In this document: one piece after another, positions 9,253 through 20,045 of the stretch
Layout: the number at the start of each line of letters is the position of its first letter
How positions within the stretch are numbered: the stretch's first letter is position 1
Assembly: GCF_022259695.1 (NCBI RefSeq)
Contig: NZ_CP092099.1
Location: 168,471 to 232,470 of the forward strand
From: Flaviramulus sp. BrNp1-15
GTDB lineage: Bacteria > Bacteroidota > Bacteroidia > Flavobacteriales > Flavobacteriaceae
Reading direction: 5' to 3'
DNA: 64,000 bases
The notes under the pieces: model-generated
Seen by the model: only the letters and a program-made list of their open reading frames with translations
Databases searched by the model: none
Told to the model about the DNA's origin: nothing
Made by a program: the position numbers and the translations under genes

Positions 9253-9810
9253 CTACTTTATTTCAAAATCCTTGCCAAATCCGAAATGACCATTTTTTAC
9301 ATCTGCTAAAATAGAAAATTCTCTTTTAAACATTTTAGATAATCCACTAAAACCATTTTTAGCCATAAGTGTAAATTCTAATTTGTTATTATGAACTTTT
9401 AAAATTGATTTTAAATCATGCGTGGTTCTAAATATAAATGCATTTTTACCATCATTTTTAAAAGGCTTATATCTGTCAAGAATATTAGTTGAAGGGTCAA
9501 TAAATTTAATATCAACAGCCCTATCATTAGTCCCACAATTTACATTGTAAGGAGTTAGGCTTTCTAAATTAGCTACAATATCATATGCAACAAACAGTGA
9601 ACGATTAGTAACCTTAATTAAATACGAATTTTTTAGCTCTGGTGAATAGTTATCTGTGTCAACAAAAGCTATTTCTTCAGAAATTTTAAATTTTGGTTTA
9701 GCAAATACAAACAAAAGAAGTATTAAAACTAAAGATCCTAAAAAACTTGCTAGAGCACCTATCCAAAAAGTAGTATCTGCAATAAAAATAAGGTATGTAA
9801 GTGAAAACAT
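9253..9810 (-). CDS. membrane-anchored hypothetical protein
   Basis: N-terminal TM segment then a ~150-aa soluble domain with no recognisable family; next to the IS. Confidence 0.45.
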   Translation of the reverse strand: MFSLTYLIFIADTTFWIGALASFLGSLVLILLLFVFAKPKFKISEEIAFVDTDNYSPELKNSYLIKVTNRSLFVAYDIVANLESLTPYNVNCGTNDRAVDIKFIDPSTNILDRYKPFKNDGKNAFIFRTTHDLKSILKVHNNKLEFTLMAKNGFSGLSKMFKREFSILADVKNGHFGFGKDFEIK

Positions 9811-9888
9811 ATTAAATATTTAAACATTCTAAGGAAGAGATTGTAAATATTAATATATTTACGTAATTAATTGTATTTTTTTGACAAA

Positions 9889-10013
9889 ATGACAGAAAAA
9901 ACAGATAAAAAGCAAGTAAAGCCCTCAAAATCAAAAGAAAAGGCTTTAAAAATTAATACATCATTAGACGAAGTATTAAAGGCTTCCGTTCCTAAGCCTA
10001 AAAATAAGGAATA
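9889..10013 (+). CDS. possible small basic protein (41 aa)
   Basis: MTEKTDKKQVKPSKSKEKALKINTSLDEVLKASVPKPKNKE. An ATG ORF too short for the supplied track, which appears to omit ORFs under 60 aa; weak support. Confidence 0.2.
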
Positions 10014-10462
10014 GCACCGATTTTGGTCGTATGTTAAGACTATCATGTATTAACAAGTGCAACACGTTATTTGAGATAAAACAACCTTTAATTTGAACTA
10101 TTCGGCAAGATGCTCACGCTCTGGATTTCTGAATAAGTAGATTCTAATCGTGGATTAAAGGACTTCACTCAAAAAAAATAACCGCTCTAGGTTATGTTAA
10201 ATTACTATTCTTTCTTGTCCCTTGTTGTATATAGATGCCAAATATAATAAAAATTATTCGTTTACAAACGACTACAAACATTTACAAACGATTTTAAATA
10301 AGTAATAACCGAATAAAATTTTGATGCTACCAGATATTTGCACTGTCGAATTTATGTTGGACTTATTTCAGCAACTTATTCACAAATCAAGTATTAAATA
10401 AAAAGATCCTGAAACGAGTTCAGGACAAAGTATTAACTGTTTAACGATTAAAATTTAAAATT

Positions 10463-10795
10463 ATGAACACACTTAGAAACAAAGTACAGTTGATTGGTAA
10501 CTTAGGAAACGACCCAGAAATCATCAATCTTGAATCAGGAAAAACATTAGCAAAATTTAATATTGCAACTAACGAAAGTTACACCAATAATAAAGGTGAA
10601 AAAATAACAGATACCCAGTGGCACAATATAGTTGCATGGGGAAAAACAGCTCAAATTATTGAGAAGTATGTAACTAAAGGTAAAGAAGTTGCTATTGAAG
10701 GGAAATTAACTTCTAGAAGTTATGACGATAAAGATGGAAACAAGCGCTACATTACAGAAGTCGTGTGTAGCGAACTACTTATGTTAGGTAAATAA
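10463..10795 (+). CDS. ssb: single-stranded DNA-binding protein
   Basis: OB-fold SSB signature (VQLIGNLGNDPE ... WHNIVAWGKTAQ), 110 aa. Confidence 0.85.
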   Translation: MNTLRNKVQLIGNLGNDPEIINLESGKTLAKFNIATNESYTNNKGEKITDTQWHNIVAWGKTAQIIEKYVTKGKEVAIEGKLTSRSYDDKDGNKRYITEVVCSELLMLGK

Positions 10796-10805
10796 AAACC
10801 TAATT

Positions 10806-10848
10806 TATTTACATTTATAAGTGAAGCTTTTTTGAAGCTTCACTTATT
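10806..10848. terminator. bidirectional terminator between ssb and nadB
   Basis: AAGTGAAGCTTTTTTGAAGCTTCACTT hairpin flanked by A/T runs on both sides. Confidence 0.6.
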
Positions 10849-12403
10849 TTTTTACGTTATCAATATTGTAATACCCGCCTTTATTCTCGGTTCTATCTAA
10901 AGATTGCCTTATAATTAAGTGAGCAACGTTAACCATATTTCTTAATTCACAAAGTGATGTTGTTATTTTTGATTCACGATACAATTCCTCTACTTCATTA
11001 TAAATTAAATCTAAATGTTTTATAGCTCTTTTTAAGCGCTTATTACTTCTAACAATACCAACATAATCGCGCATTAAAGCTTGCAATTGTTTAAGATTAT
11101 GTTGTACTAAAACATGCTCTTTAGGAATAATTGTTCCTTCATCATTCCATTCTGGAATAACAAGTTCAAAAGGTTTAGCTTCTTTCTTGCTATGGTATTT
11201 AAAAATATTATGTGCATACACCAAAGCCTCCAATAACGAATTAGATGCGAGCCTGTTAGCACCATGCAAACCTGTTCTAGAACATTCTCCACATGCAAAT
11301 AAATTAGTAATAGTTGTTTCCCCTTTTTTGTTCACTTTAATACCTCCACACAAATAATGTGAAGCTGGTATTACAGGTATCCAATCGGTTTTAATATCAA
11401 TATGATGTTCTAAACACGCTTTGTAAATATTAGGGAAATGCTTTTTAAAAGCATCTATATTTAAATGTGTACAATCTAAATACACATGAGTTTCTCCAGA
11501 TTTTTTTAATTCGTTGTCTATACTTTGTGATACAATATCTCGTGATGCTAATTCGGCACGTTTATCATAATCTGGCATAAAACGATATCCTGATTTATTT
11601 CTTAAATAAGCTCCAAAACCCCTTACGGCTTCAGAAATTAAAAATGATGATTCACCTTTAGCTTCATAAAGTGCTGTAGGATGAAATTGCACAAACTCCA
11701 TGTCTTTAATTTTAGCTTTTGCTCTATAAGCCATAGCAATCCCATCGCCTGTTGCAATAACCGGATTTGTTGTGTGTCCATAAACACAACCAATACCACC
11801 TGTTGCTAGTAAGGTATTATTAGCTATTATTGTGAATATTTTACCCGTTTTTTCATCTAAAACATAGGCGCCATAACACGACAATTCTTTCTGCTCACTG
11901 TTTTTAATATGGTGATTTGTAACCAAATCAATAGCAAAATGATGTGATAAAATAGTAATATTTGATAATTGATGAGCGCGCTTTAATAAAGCACGTTCTA
12001 CCTCATAGCCTGTGATGTCTTTATGATGCACCACACGATATTCTGAATGCCCACCTTCTTTTCCTAAATCGAAATCACCACTAGAATCAACATCAAAATT
12101 AGCGCCCCAAATCATTAATTCTTGAAGTCTATTTGGGCCTTCTTTTATAACCATTTCAACTACATCTTCATTGCACAAGCCATCGCCTGCAATTAAAGTG
12201 TCTTCAATATGTTTTTTAAATGAATCTTTTTCTCTGTTTAAAACAATAGCAACACCGCCTTGAGCATATTTAGTATTCGATTCGTCTTCATTGCCTTTTG
12301 TAACAATAACTACATTTCTATCAGGGAATCTCTTCGCTATTTTAACCGAAAATGTTAAACCTGCTATCCCCGAACCTATTACTAAATAATTTGCTTCTAT
12401 CAT
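10844..12403 (-). CDS. nadB: L-aspartate oxidase
   Basis: FAD-binding GSGIAGL; fumarate reductase/succinate dehydrogenase flavoprotein family; 519 aa; adjacent to nadA. Confidence 0.9.
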   Translation of the reverse strand: MIEANYLVIGSGIAGLTFSVKIAKRFPDRNVVIVTKGNEDESNTKYAQGGVAIVLNREKDSFKKHIEDTLIAGDGLCNEDVVEMVIKEGPNRLQELMIWGANFDVDSSGDFDLGKEGGHSEYRVVHHKDITGYEVERALLKRAHQLSNITILSHHFAIDLVTNHHIKNSEQKELSCYGAYVLDEKTGKIFTIIANNTLLATGGIGCVYGHTTNPVIATGDGIAMAYRAKAKIKDMEFVQFHPTALYEAKGESSFLISEAVRGFGAYLRNKSGYRFMPDYDKRAELASRDIVSQSIDNELKKSGETHVYLDCTHLNIDAFKKHFPNIYKACLEHHIDIKTDWIPVIPASHYLCGGIKVNKKGETTITNLFACGECSRTGLHGANRLASNSLLEALVYAHNIFKYHSKKEAKPFELVIPEWNDEGTIIPKEHVLVQHNLKQLQALMRDYVGIVRSNKRLKRAIKHLDLIYNEVEELYRESKITTSLCELRNMVNVAHLIIRQSLDRTENKGGYYNIDNVKK

Positions 12404-12404
12404 A

Positions 12405-13331
12405 TCAATTAGATAATTCTAACATACGTTCAATTGGCAATAAAGCACGTTCTATAATATGTTCTGGTACTTCTATTTTAGGTGTTTCATGTAATAAACA
12501 ATCATATAGTTTTTGTAGCGTATTCATTTTCATAAAATGGCATTCGCTACAAGCACAAGTGTTATCTTCTTCTACTGGTGCAGGAATTAAATCTGTGTTT
12601 GGCACTTCCTGTTGCATTTTATGCAAAACACCTGCTTCTGTTGCAACAATAAATTTTTGGTTTGGATGTGCTTTTACATAATTTATCATTCCTGTTGTAG
12701 AACCAATATATGTTGCTGTTTTTAATATATGTGTTTGAGATTCTGGATGTGCTATAATTTTATAATCTGGATGTTTTTTATGCAACTCTATTAACTTATC
12801 CATAGAAAAGGCTTCATGAACCACACAGCTACCATCCCAAAGCAACATGTCTCTGCCTGTTTCAGCAATTATATATTTACCAAGGTTTTTATCTGGCGCG
12901 AAAATAATTGGTGTTTCTTTTGGTACAGATTCTACAATTTTTAAAGCATTTGATGATGTACAAACAATATCGCTCAACGCTTTTATTTCGGCCGAACAGT
13001 TTACATAAGTAATTACCAAGTGATTTGGATGTTCTTTTGTGAATTTTTCAAAAGCTTCTGGTAGGCAAGAGTCTGCCAAAGAGCATCCTGCATTTAAATC
13101 GGGCAAAACAACGGTTTTAGTTGGATTTAATATTTTGGCTGTTTCTGCCATAAAATGCACCCCTGCAAATACAATAATATCTGCATTTGTCTCTACTGCT
13201 TTTTGCGACAACCCTAAACTATCTCCCACATAATCTGCGATATCTTGTATTTCTGGTACTTGGTAATAATGAGCCAGAATAACAGCATTCTTCTCTTTTT
13301 TAAGACGTTGTATTTCTTTTACTAAATCCAT
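12405..13331 (-). CDS. nadA: quinolinate synthase A
   Basis: AVILAHYYQ motif and the three conserved Cys segments of NadA; 308 aa; 1-nt spacing to nadB. Confidence 0.9.
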   Translation of the reverse strand: MDLVKEIQRLKKEKNAVILAHYYQVPEIQDIADYVGDSLGLSQKAVETNADIIVFAGVHFMAETAKILNPTKTVVLPDLNAGCSLADSCLPEAFEKFTKEHPNHLVITYVNCSAEIKALSDIVCTSSNALKIVESVPKETPIIFAPDKNLGKYIIAETGRDMLLWDGSCVVHEAFSMDKLIELHKKHPDYKIIAHPESQTHILKTATYIGSTTGMINYVKAHPNQKFIVATEAGVLHKMQQEVPNTDLIPAPVEEDNTCACSECHFMKMNTLQKLYDCLLHETPKIEVPEHIIERALLPIERMLELSN

Positions 13332-13381
13332 TTTAATTGCTTTAGGTAACTCTAATTATTAAAACAAAAAATAATATCTAC

Positions 13382-15187
13382 TTACACCCTAACGGTTAAG
13401 CTTTGAATGTCTAGTTGAATTTGATTTAAGGTTATTTCATTTTTTTCTAATTCTTTTAAAACTCCTATTTTAATATCTTCGAAAGTATTTTTTACCCCTT
13501 CAAATAAATTTTGATAATAAGAAACGCCTGCTTTCATATTATTAGTAAATGCTAGCAAATATTTCTCTTCCTTTTTACTCATTGATATTTTTGCTTCATC
13601 TAATTTATTTTTCAGGTAACCCATATAAATCTGCAATTCTTTTACAAATAAATTAGGACGATCTGTTCTTGATATCATATTTCCTCTGCCGTAAATATGG
13701 TCGGTAATATTTTCAAGACTCATAATTTTAGAATAATAAGCCATATTTGGACCTGGACAAACAGAAACACCTTCGCCTTCAACTTTAGTATCTAAATTGT
13801 AGGCCAATAAAGCCGATGTTCCTAAACCAACACAAGTACAGGATTTCTCAACAATTTTATTGAATTGTTTTTTATAGTCTTCCTCTGAAAACTCTTGCCT
13901 ATCTAATTCTTTTATTTTTAAAAATTGATACTCTCTAGATGCAGTACAAATACCCGTTTCTTTAAACTCTTTATTTAAAGCAACAAACTTTTTGGGGCAA
14001 GAGCTTCCTGGTCTACCTTTATTAATTAAAACCGTTTTCTCTAAATCTTTTGTATTGTCTCTTAAATTATTAAACGGTATTCCTAAAGGTGAAATATCGC
14101 TTAAATACAAATCGTCTTCTTTAGCTTTTACTAACTTATTTAAAGTTTTTTTATCTACAGTTGTTGCTTCTGGAACTAGCAAAAAAGGAGTACCCCAACC
14201 AACAGAATCTAAATTGTAATGATCTAATAAAAAATTGTGTTCTTCTTGGGTTCCTACGCCTCCTTGAGCTGTAATCTCAAAAGATAATGCCCTTGGTACA
14301 ATTCTATTTTGATTTTCAAGCTCTTGATTTAATATAGTTTGTATGGATTTTTTTAGTTCTTCCCGTTTTTCTTTAAACTCTGCCAAAACCGGCCCTAAAA
14401 GATAACCGTCTGTAGCAAAAGCATGTCCACCACAGTTAAGTCCAGATTCAATTCTATACTCTGAAACCCACAAACCTTTTTTAGCCAAAAATTTACCCTG
14501 AATTAATGCAGATCTATAATCGCTTACTTTTAAAATAATACGCTTTTTAAAAACTCCCGTTTCATCTGGAAAAAAATCATCAAACCGACTCATGTAATGA
14601 TATAATCTAGGATTAAGTCCAGCGGAAAGTACAACAGATGAATTTAGTTTACTATTGGCAAACCCTCTTAAAGCGGCATGTGCATCATTATATTCTGAAG
14701 TTAATTTTTCTTGCTCTTTATAATTGTCTTTATCAACTTTGGTCATAATATTAACATCAATATTACCCATGGTTAAATTCTTAGAAGCCCATTTCTTAAT
14801 TTCAGAAAAATCAAATCCATTTAATGTTAATTTTTTAAACTCAGCCTTTAAACCAGAAGTATCTGGTAACATGTTTATATAACCTAAAAATTCATCGCTT
14901 TTTTCTGTGGTTATATTTTTTAATAACTCAAACTTTTTATCAGCTAAATCACTAATTAAATTTAAATAAGACGTGATTCTTTTAGCTCTAAAATCATCTA
15001 TTTTATTTGTAATTTCATTGTAAGGAATTTTGAATTTCTCGCTATACATTTTTCTTAATTTTTCTAGTAAAATATCATCAACTAAAGAAATTACAGAGTC
15101 CATGCCATATTGTGCCACTTTTAAAGGCGTATCAATTGTAAATCCAATACCCATTACAGGAATGTGAAACGAATGTGTTTTTTTCAT
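13382..15187 (-). CDS. conserved hypothetical protein (601 aa), co-directional with and 50 bp upstream of nadA-nadB
   Basis: Long ORF with good coding statistics. Features include a Gly-rich N-terminus (IPVMGIGFTIDTP), an LNCGGHAFATDG segment and GICTAS/CTCVGLG/VCPGP Cys-containing loops. No family could be assigned from memory. Confidence 0.6.
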   Translation of the reverse strand: MKKTHSFHIPVMGIGFTIDTPLKVAQYGMDSVISLVDDILLEKLRKMYSEKFKIPYNEITNKIDDFRAKRITSYLNLISDLADKKFELLKNITTEKSDEFLGYINMLPDTSGLKAEFKKLTLNGFDFSEIKKWASKNLTMGNIDVNIMTKVDKDNYKEQEKLTSEYNDAHAALRGFANSKLNSSVVLSAGLNPRLYHYMSRFDDFFPDETGVFKKRIILKVSDYRSALIQGKFLAKKGLWVSEYRIESGLNCGGHAFATDGYLLGPVLAEFKEKREELKKSIQTILNQELENQNRIVPRALSFEITAQGGVGTQEEHNFLLDHYNLDSVGWGTPFLLVPEATTVDKKTLNKLVKAKEDDLYLSDISPLGIPFNNLRDNTKDLEKTVLINKGRPGSSCPKKFVALNKEFKETGICTASREYQFLKIKELDRQEFSEEDYKKQFNKIVEKSCTCVGLGTSALLAYNLDTKVEGEGVSVCPGPNMAYYSKIMSLENITDHIYGRGNMISRTDRPNLFVKELQIYMGYLKNKLDEAKISMSKKEEKYLLAFTNNMKAGVSYYQNLFEGVKNTFEDIKIGVLKELEKNEITLNQIQLDIQSLTVRV

Positions 15188-15520
15188 AATTAATTTTTAC
15201 ACTCTTAAATGTTTTTAATAGTTAATTCAAACATTCAATTGTAGATTAATCTGTAAAGATATTTTACATGAAAATCATAGAATATGATATATATCATACA
15301 ACGAATTCTCTATTACCTTAAAAATTTAAATTTAGACGATTAAAAAGAAGCTAATCTCTAATGATTAATCAATTAGAAAAACACAGGGATAGTAAAGATT
15401 TTTTTAATTATTCATAATTTGAATTCATCAAAGTAATAAAAATGATAAATTTTTATCTAGAACAGCTTGATTAATTTAAGCTTTACTACTTTTATAAAAA
15501 ATTTTCAATAGAAAAATAAG

Positions 15521-18112
15521 ATGTCTGTAGAGCCAAAATTAACACGATTTAAGCAAAACGTAATGTCTAAATATCAAATATACAATAGTATATTTATGAC
15601 ACTACCTTTTGATGCTGTAACAAAAACAGGAGTATTACTTCCCTTATTTCATGAAACATGCGAAAAAGGATTTGCAAAAGGTGATGATCCTACCACAATA
15701 GTAGATACATTTTTTAAAAAATACCAAGCGCGTCGCTCTAAAGAAAGTCAAATAAATCTTTTGTTTAGGTTTATTCAATACATTGAAAGACAAGTTGTTT
15801 TATTTGATGCTATTGAAGATGCGGCATTCCCAATTGTAAACAATATGGATGGCGTTGGTACTTTAAGAAATTTAAAGGGAACTGCTGTTTCAGAAAATAA
15901 ATTAGAAGATCTAAAGAATTATTTAGATGAGTTTAAGGTTAGAATTGTTTTAACAGCACATCCAACTCAATTCTATCCAGGTTCTGTTTTAGGAATTATT
16001 ACAGATTTAACTGAGGCTATAAAAGAAAACAACCTATCTGAAATCAATAATCTGTTCGGTCAATTAGGAAAAACACCTTTCTTTAAAAGAGAAAAACCAA
16101 CACCTTATGACGAAGCTAAGAGTTTAATTTGGTATTTAGAAAATGTATTTTATACTTCGTTTGGCGAAATATACAATTACATTCAACAGAATATTTACGA
16201 TGATGGTAAAAAACATAACGAAATTATCAATCTTGGTTTTTGGCCAGGTGGAGATCGTGACGGAAACCCATTTGTAAAACCAGATACTACTTTAAAAGTA
16301 GCCGCAAAGCTAAAACAAGCCATTTTAAAGAAATATTATGCTGATCTTAAAAACTTAAGACGAAAATTAACTTTTAGAGGTGTTGAAGAGCGTGTAGTTA
16401 GACTAGAAACTATTTTATATGATTATAGTATAGATTTAGATTCACCAGATGCTATTACATCAAAAGAACTCATAAGAGAATTACTTAGTATTAGAAACCT
16501 TGTTGTAAAAGAGCATCAATCTCTATATGTTGGAGAAATAAACAATCTAATAAACAGAGTTCATTTATTTGGTTATAATTTTGCAACACTAGATATTAGA
16601 CAAGATAGTAGAATACATCATACTGTTTTCACAAAAGTTATAGATTACTTAATTAAAACTGGAAATTCATCATTCCCAGATAATTATCACAGTCTATCTG
16701 AAGCTGAACAAATTGAAATATTATCAAAAGCTAATGACAGTATTCCAGATTTAGATGTTTTTGAAGATGAAATGGTAAGGAATACATTAAAAACTATTGC
16801 TATTATTAAAGACATACAAAAAAGCAATGGTGAACGTGGTGCTAATAGGTACATTATAAGTAATAACCAAACTGCTTTAAATGTGATGCAACTATTTGCC
16901 ATGCTAAAAATAGTTTCTTTTAAAGATGAATTAACAGTAGATGTTGCGCCATTGTTTGAAACTATTCCTGATTTAGAAAACGCTCCAGGAGTTATGGAAC
17001 AACTATATACAAACCCAGAGTATATGGCACACTTAAGAGCTAGAGGTAGTAAACAAACTATCATGCTTGGTTTTTCTGACGGTACAAAAGATGGTGGTTA
17101 TTTAATGGCAAACTGGGGAATTTATAAAGCCAAAGAATTGCTTACTGAAATGTCTAGAAAATATGATATTACTGCCATATTTTTTGACGGTCGTGGTGGA
17201 CCACCAGCCCGTGGTGGTGGAAAAACACATCAATTTTATTCTTCTTTAGGACCTACTATTGAAGATAAAGAGGTTCAATTAACTATTCAAGGACAAACTA
17301 TTAGTTCTAATTTCGGAACTTTAGATTCGTCTCAATACAACTTAGAGCAATTAATAAGTTCTGGTATTAATAACAGAATTAGTAGCGAAAAAAACAAAAT
17401 GTCTGATGAAGACAGAGTTGTTATGAACGATTTGGCCGAAACAAGTTACCAAACATATAAAGATTTTAAAGGTCACCCTATGTTCATTCCATATTTAGAA
17501 CGTATGAGTACTTTAAAATACTATGCTAAAACTAATATTGGAAGTAGACCATCAAAACGAGGTACTTCAGATAAATTAGTGTTTTCAGATTTAAGAGCCA
17601 TACCATTTGTAGGTTCTTGGAGCCAGTTAAAACAAAATGTACCTGGATTTTACGGTGTTGGTACTGCATTGAAAAAGTATGAAGATAAAGGTGAATTTGA
17701 TAAAGTAGAACAGCTATACAAAAACTCTAAGTTCTTTAAAACTTTACTAGAAAATAGTATGATGTCTTTAACAAAATCGTTTTTCGACTTAACAAAATAC
17801 ATGTCTAAAGATGAAGAGTTTGGTGATTTTTGGAATATTATTTATGAAGAATATCTAACAACCAAAAGATTACTTTTAAAAGTTACAGGTTATAAAGAGT
17901 TGATGCAAAATGAGCCTTCTGGTAAAGCGTCAATTGAAGTAAGAGAATCTATAGTCTTACCTTTATTAACTATACAACAGTATGCTCTTAAAAAAATTCA
18001 AGAGTTAGAAAAAGCTGGTGTTTCTCCAGATGATGAGCAAAAGAAAATCTACGAAAAAATCGTGACGCGTTCTTTATTTGGAAATATTAATGCTAGTAGA
18101 AATTCGGCATAA
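15521..18112 (+). CDS. ppc: phosphoenolpyruvate carboxylase
   Basis: VLTAHPTQ, GFWPGGDRDGNPFV and FFDGRGGPPARGGG motifs; 863 aa. Confidence 0.9.
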   Translation: MSVEPKLTRFKQNVMSKYQIYNSIFMTLPFDAVTKTGVLLPLFHETCEKGFAKGDDPTTIVDTFFKKYQARRSKESQINLLFRFIQYIERQVVLFDAIEDAAFPIVNNMDGVGTLRNLKGTAVSENKLEDLKNYLDEFKVRIVLTAHPTQFYPGSVLGIITDLTEAIKENNLSEINNLFGQLGKTPFFKREKPTPYDEAKSLIWYLENVFYTSFGEIYNYIQQNIYDDGKKHNEIINLGFWPGGDRDGNPFVKPDTTLKVAAKLKQAILKKYYADLKNLRRKLTFRGVEERVVRLETILYDYSIDLDSPDAITSKELIRELLSIRNLVVKEHQSLYVGEINNLINRVHLFGYNFATLDIRQDSRIHHTVFTKVIDYLIKTGNSSFPDNYHSLSEAEQIEILSKANDSIPDLDVFEDEMVRNTLKTIAIIKDIQKSNGERGANRYIISNNQTALNVMQLFAMLKIVSFKDELTVDVAPLFETIPDLENAPGVMEQLYTNPEYMAHLRARGSKQTIMLGFSDGTKDGGYLMANWGIYKAKELLTEMSRKYDITAIFFDGRGGPPARGGGKTHQFYSSLGPTIEDKEVQLTIQGQTISSNFGTLDSSQYNLEQLISSGINNRISSEKNKMSDEDRVVMNDLAETSYQTYKDFKGHPMFIPYLERMSTLKYYAKTNIGSRPSKRGTSDKLVFSDLRAIPFVGSWSQLKQNVPGFYGVGTALKKYEDKGEFDKVEQLYKNSKFFKTLLENSMMSLTKSFFDLTKYMSKDEEFGDFWNIIYEEYLTTKRLLLKVTGYKELMQNEPSGKASIEVRESIVLPLLTIQQYALKKIQELEKAGVSPDDEQKKIYEKIVTRSLFGNINASRNSA

Positions 18113-18121
18113 TAAATAGTT

Positions 18122-18165
18122 TTATATACACATAGAAAAGCCAGTATTTTTTAAATACTGGCTTT
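18122..18165 (+). terminator. rho-independent terminator after ppc
   Basis: AAGCCAGTATTTTTTAAATACTGGCTT hairpin followed by a T-run. Confidence 0.6.
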
Positions 18166-18195
18166 TTATTTTGCTTACATTATCATTAAAAATAA

Positions 18196-18236
18196 AAAAG
18201 GATGACATACAACTATTGGTATGACATCCTTCTTCT
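18196..18236 (-). terminator. terminator after amt (minus strand)
   Basis: AGGATGACATAC...GTATGACATCCT hairpin with a T-run on the minus strand. Confidence 0.5.
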
Positions 18237-18270
18237 AACACTAACTAAATATTATTATTCACATTTTATT

Positions 18271-19515
18271 TTAATGCTCATTTAATCTAAAGTCTGGGTA
18301 GGCATCCATACCATGCTCGTAACCATCTAAACCTTCTAATTCTTCTTTTTCAGACACTCTAATTCCCATCGTTTTCTTCAAAGTGAATATGATGATAAAT
18401 GCTGTTACTATACAAAATACTGCATAACATCCTACACCTATTAATTGTATCATAAATTGTTCGAAACCAGCTTTAGCACCAAAAATTCCAACTGCTAATG
18501 TTCCCCATATACCACAAATAAGGTGTACTGCAATAGCTCCTACAGGATCATCTAATCTTAATTTATCTACAAACCTTACTGCGAATACTATTAAAGCTCC
18601 AGCTATTGCTCCAATTAAAATAGCATCTGTTGGACTCATTTGGTCTGCACCAGCAGTAATACCAACTAAACCACCTAGTATACCATTTAAGAACATAGTT
18701 AAATCTAAGTTTTTATACATTGCAGTAGACACTAACATAGAAACTACACCTCCAGCTGCAGCAGCTAAACAGGTAGTAACTAATGTTAAAGAAGTTCCTG
18801 CTGGGTCTGCAGAAAGTACAGAGCCTCCATTAAACCCGAACCATCCTAACCATAATATTAAAACACCTGCAGTTGCTAATGGAATATTATGACCTGGAAT
18901 AGCTTGAGGTTTTCCATTTTTAAATTTCCCAATTCTAGAGCCTAATAACCAAACAGCTATTATTGCTGCCCAACCACCTACAGAGTGCACTAAAGTAGAT
19001 CCTGCGAAATCATAAAAACCTTCAGTTTCACCAAATTCTAATGTTGATAAGAAACCTCCACCCCATTGCCATGAACCAGCAATTGGATATACAAATCCTA
19101 CGTAAACTACTGTAAAAATCATGAATGGTAAAATTTTCATACGCTCTGCTACTGCTCCAGATACTATAGTTGCTGCAGTTGCTGCAAACATACCTTGAAA
19201 TAAGAAATCTGTCCAATAGGTGTAACCTTCGTTATAGGTTAAATCTAAAGCACCCTCTGCAGTAAGTGGTGAATCTAAACCAATACCTGCAAAACCTAAA
19301 AATCCGTTGAATTCTCCTGGATACATTAAATTAAAACCAACTAAGCAATATAAAAGAAGCCCAACTGTGATTATAAAAATATTTTTAAAAAGTATATTGA
19401 TTGTATTTTTTTGTCTTGTTAATCCGATTTCTAAAAATGCAAAACCCAAGTGCATAAAGAAAACCAGTGCTGTACAGATCATCATCCATACATTATTTGT
19501 TGTAAGTAATTCCAT
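18271..19515 (-). CDS. amt: ammonium transporter (Amt family)
   Basis: 11-TM Amt/MEP signature with conserved His pair; 414 aa. Confidence 0.9.
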   Translation of the reverse strand: MELLTTNNVWMMICTALVFFMHLGFAFLEIGLTRQKNTINILFKNIFIITVGLLLYCLVGFNLMYPGEFNGFLGFAGIGLDSPLTAEGALDLTYNEGYTYWTDFLFQGMFAATAATIVSGAVAERMKILPFMIFTVVYVGFVYPIAGSWQWGGGFLSTLEFGETEGFYDFAGSTLVHSVGGWAAIIAVWLLGSRIGKFKNGKPQAIPGHNIPLATAGVLILWLGWFGFNGGSVLSADPAGTSLTLVTTCLAAAAGGVVSMLVSTAMYKNLDLTMFLNGILGGLVGITAGADQMSPTDAILIGAIAGALIVFAVRFVDKLRLDDPVGAIAVHLICGIWGTLAVGIFGAKAGFEQFMIQLIGVGCYAVFCIVTAFIIIFTLKKTMGIRVSEKEELEGLDGYEHGMDAYPDFRLNEH

Positions 19516-19536
19516 GAAATATTTTTTAGATGTTTA

Positions 19537-19875
19537 TTATTTTAAAGTGTCTCCTCCTTTTTCTCCTGTTCGTATTCTGTAACATTCTTTAACGTCTGAT
19601 ACAAAGATTTTTCCATCTCCAACTTCTCCAGTTGCTGCAGATTTAATTATTGTTTTGATAGTTACTTCTTCAAAATCATCGTTAACTACTATAGACAGGT
19701 ATCTACGTTGAATATCACTTGTACTATAAGAAACACCTCTATAAACATGCCCCTCTTTTTCATTTCCTAAACCGGTAACATCCCAGTAAGAAAAAAAGTT
19801 TACTCCAACATCGTGTAGTGCTTCTTTTACTGCACTATACTTTGATTTTCTAATAATTGCTTCAATTTTTTTCAT
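19537..19875 (-). CDS. glnK: nitrogen regulatory protein P-II
   Basis: 112-aa P-II; T-loop YRG motif; immediately upstream of amt. Confidence 0.9.
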   Translation of the reverse strand: MKKIEAIIRKSKYSAVKEALHDVGVNFFSYWDVTGLGNEKEGHVYRGVSYSTSDIQRRYLSIVVNDDFEEVTIKTIIKSAATGEVGDGKIFVSDVKECYRIRTGEKGGDTLK

Positions 19876-19967
19876 AATGTCATTAATCTTATAAGTTTTT
19901 AGTTAGTTAAAATATTAAAATTCTTTAAATATGTAATTAATTGTTTCTTTACTTATACTCATATAAA

Positions 19968-20013
19968 AATCTAAAAGACGCCTCTTTTATTATAAGGCAT
20001 CTTTTAGATTTAA
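19968..20013 (-). terminator. long hairpin terminator between the two amt-containing units
   Basis: 15/16-bp stem (AAATCTAAAAGACGCC...GGCATCTTTTAGATTT) followed by TTTTTAT on the minus strand. Confidence 0.55.
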
Positions 20014-20045
20014 CTCTAATGTTATTTACTAAATAACAGAGATCT

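Noticed and set aside
11107-14219. Minus/plus-strand short ORFs (11107..11298, 12352..12681, 13039..13233, 13992..14219) inside nadB, nadA and the 601-aa gene
   Set aside because: All embedded antisense or out-of-frame within strongly supported long genes.
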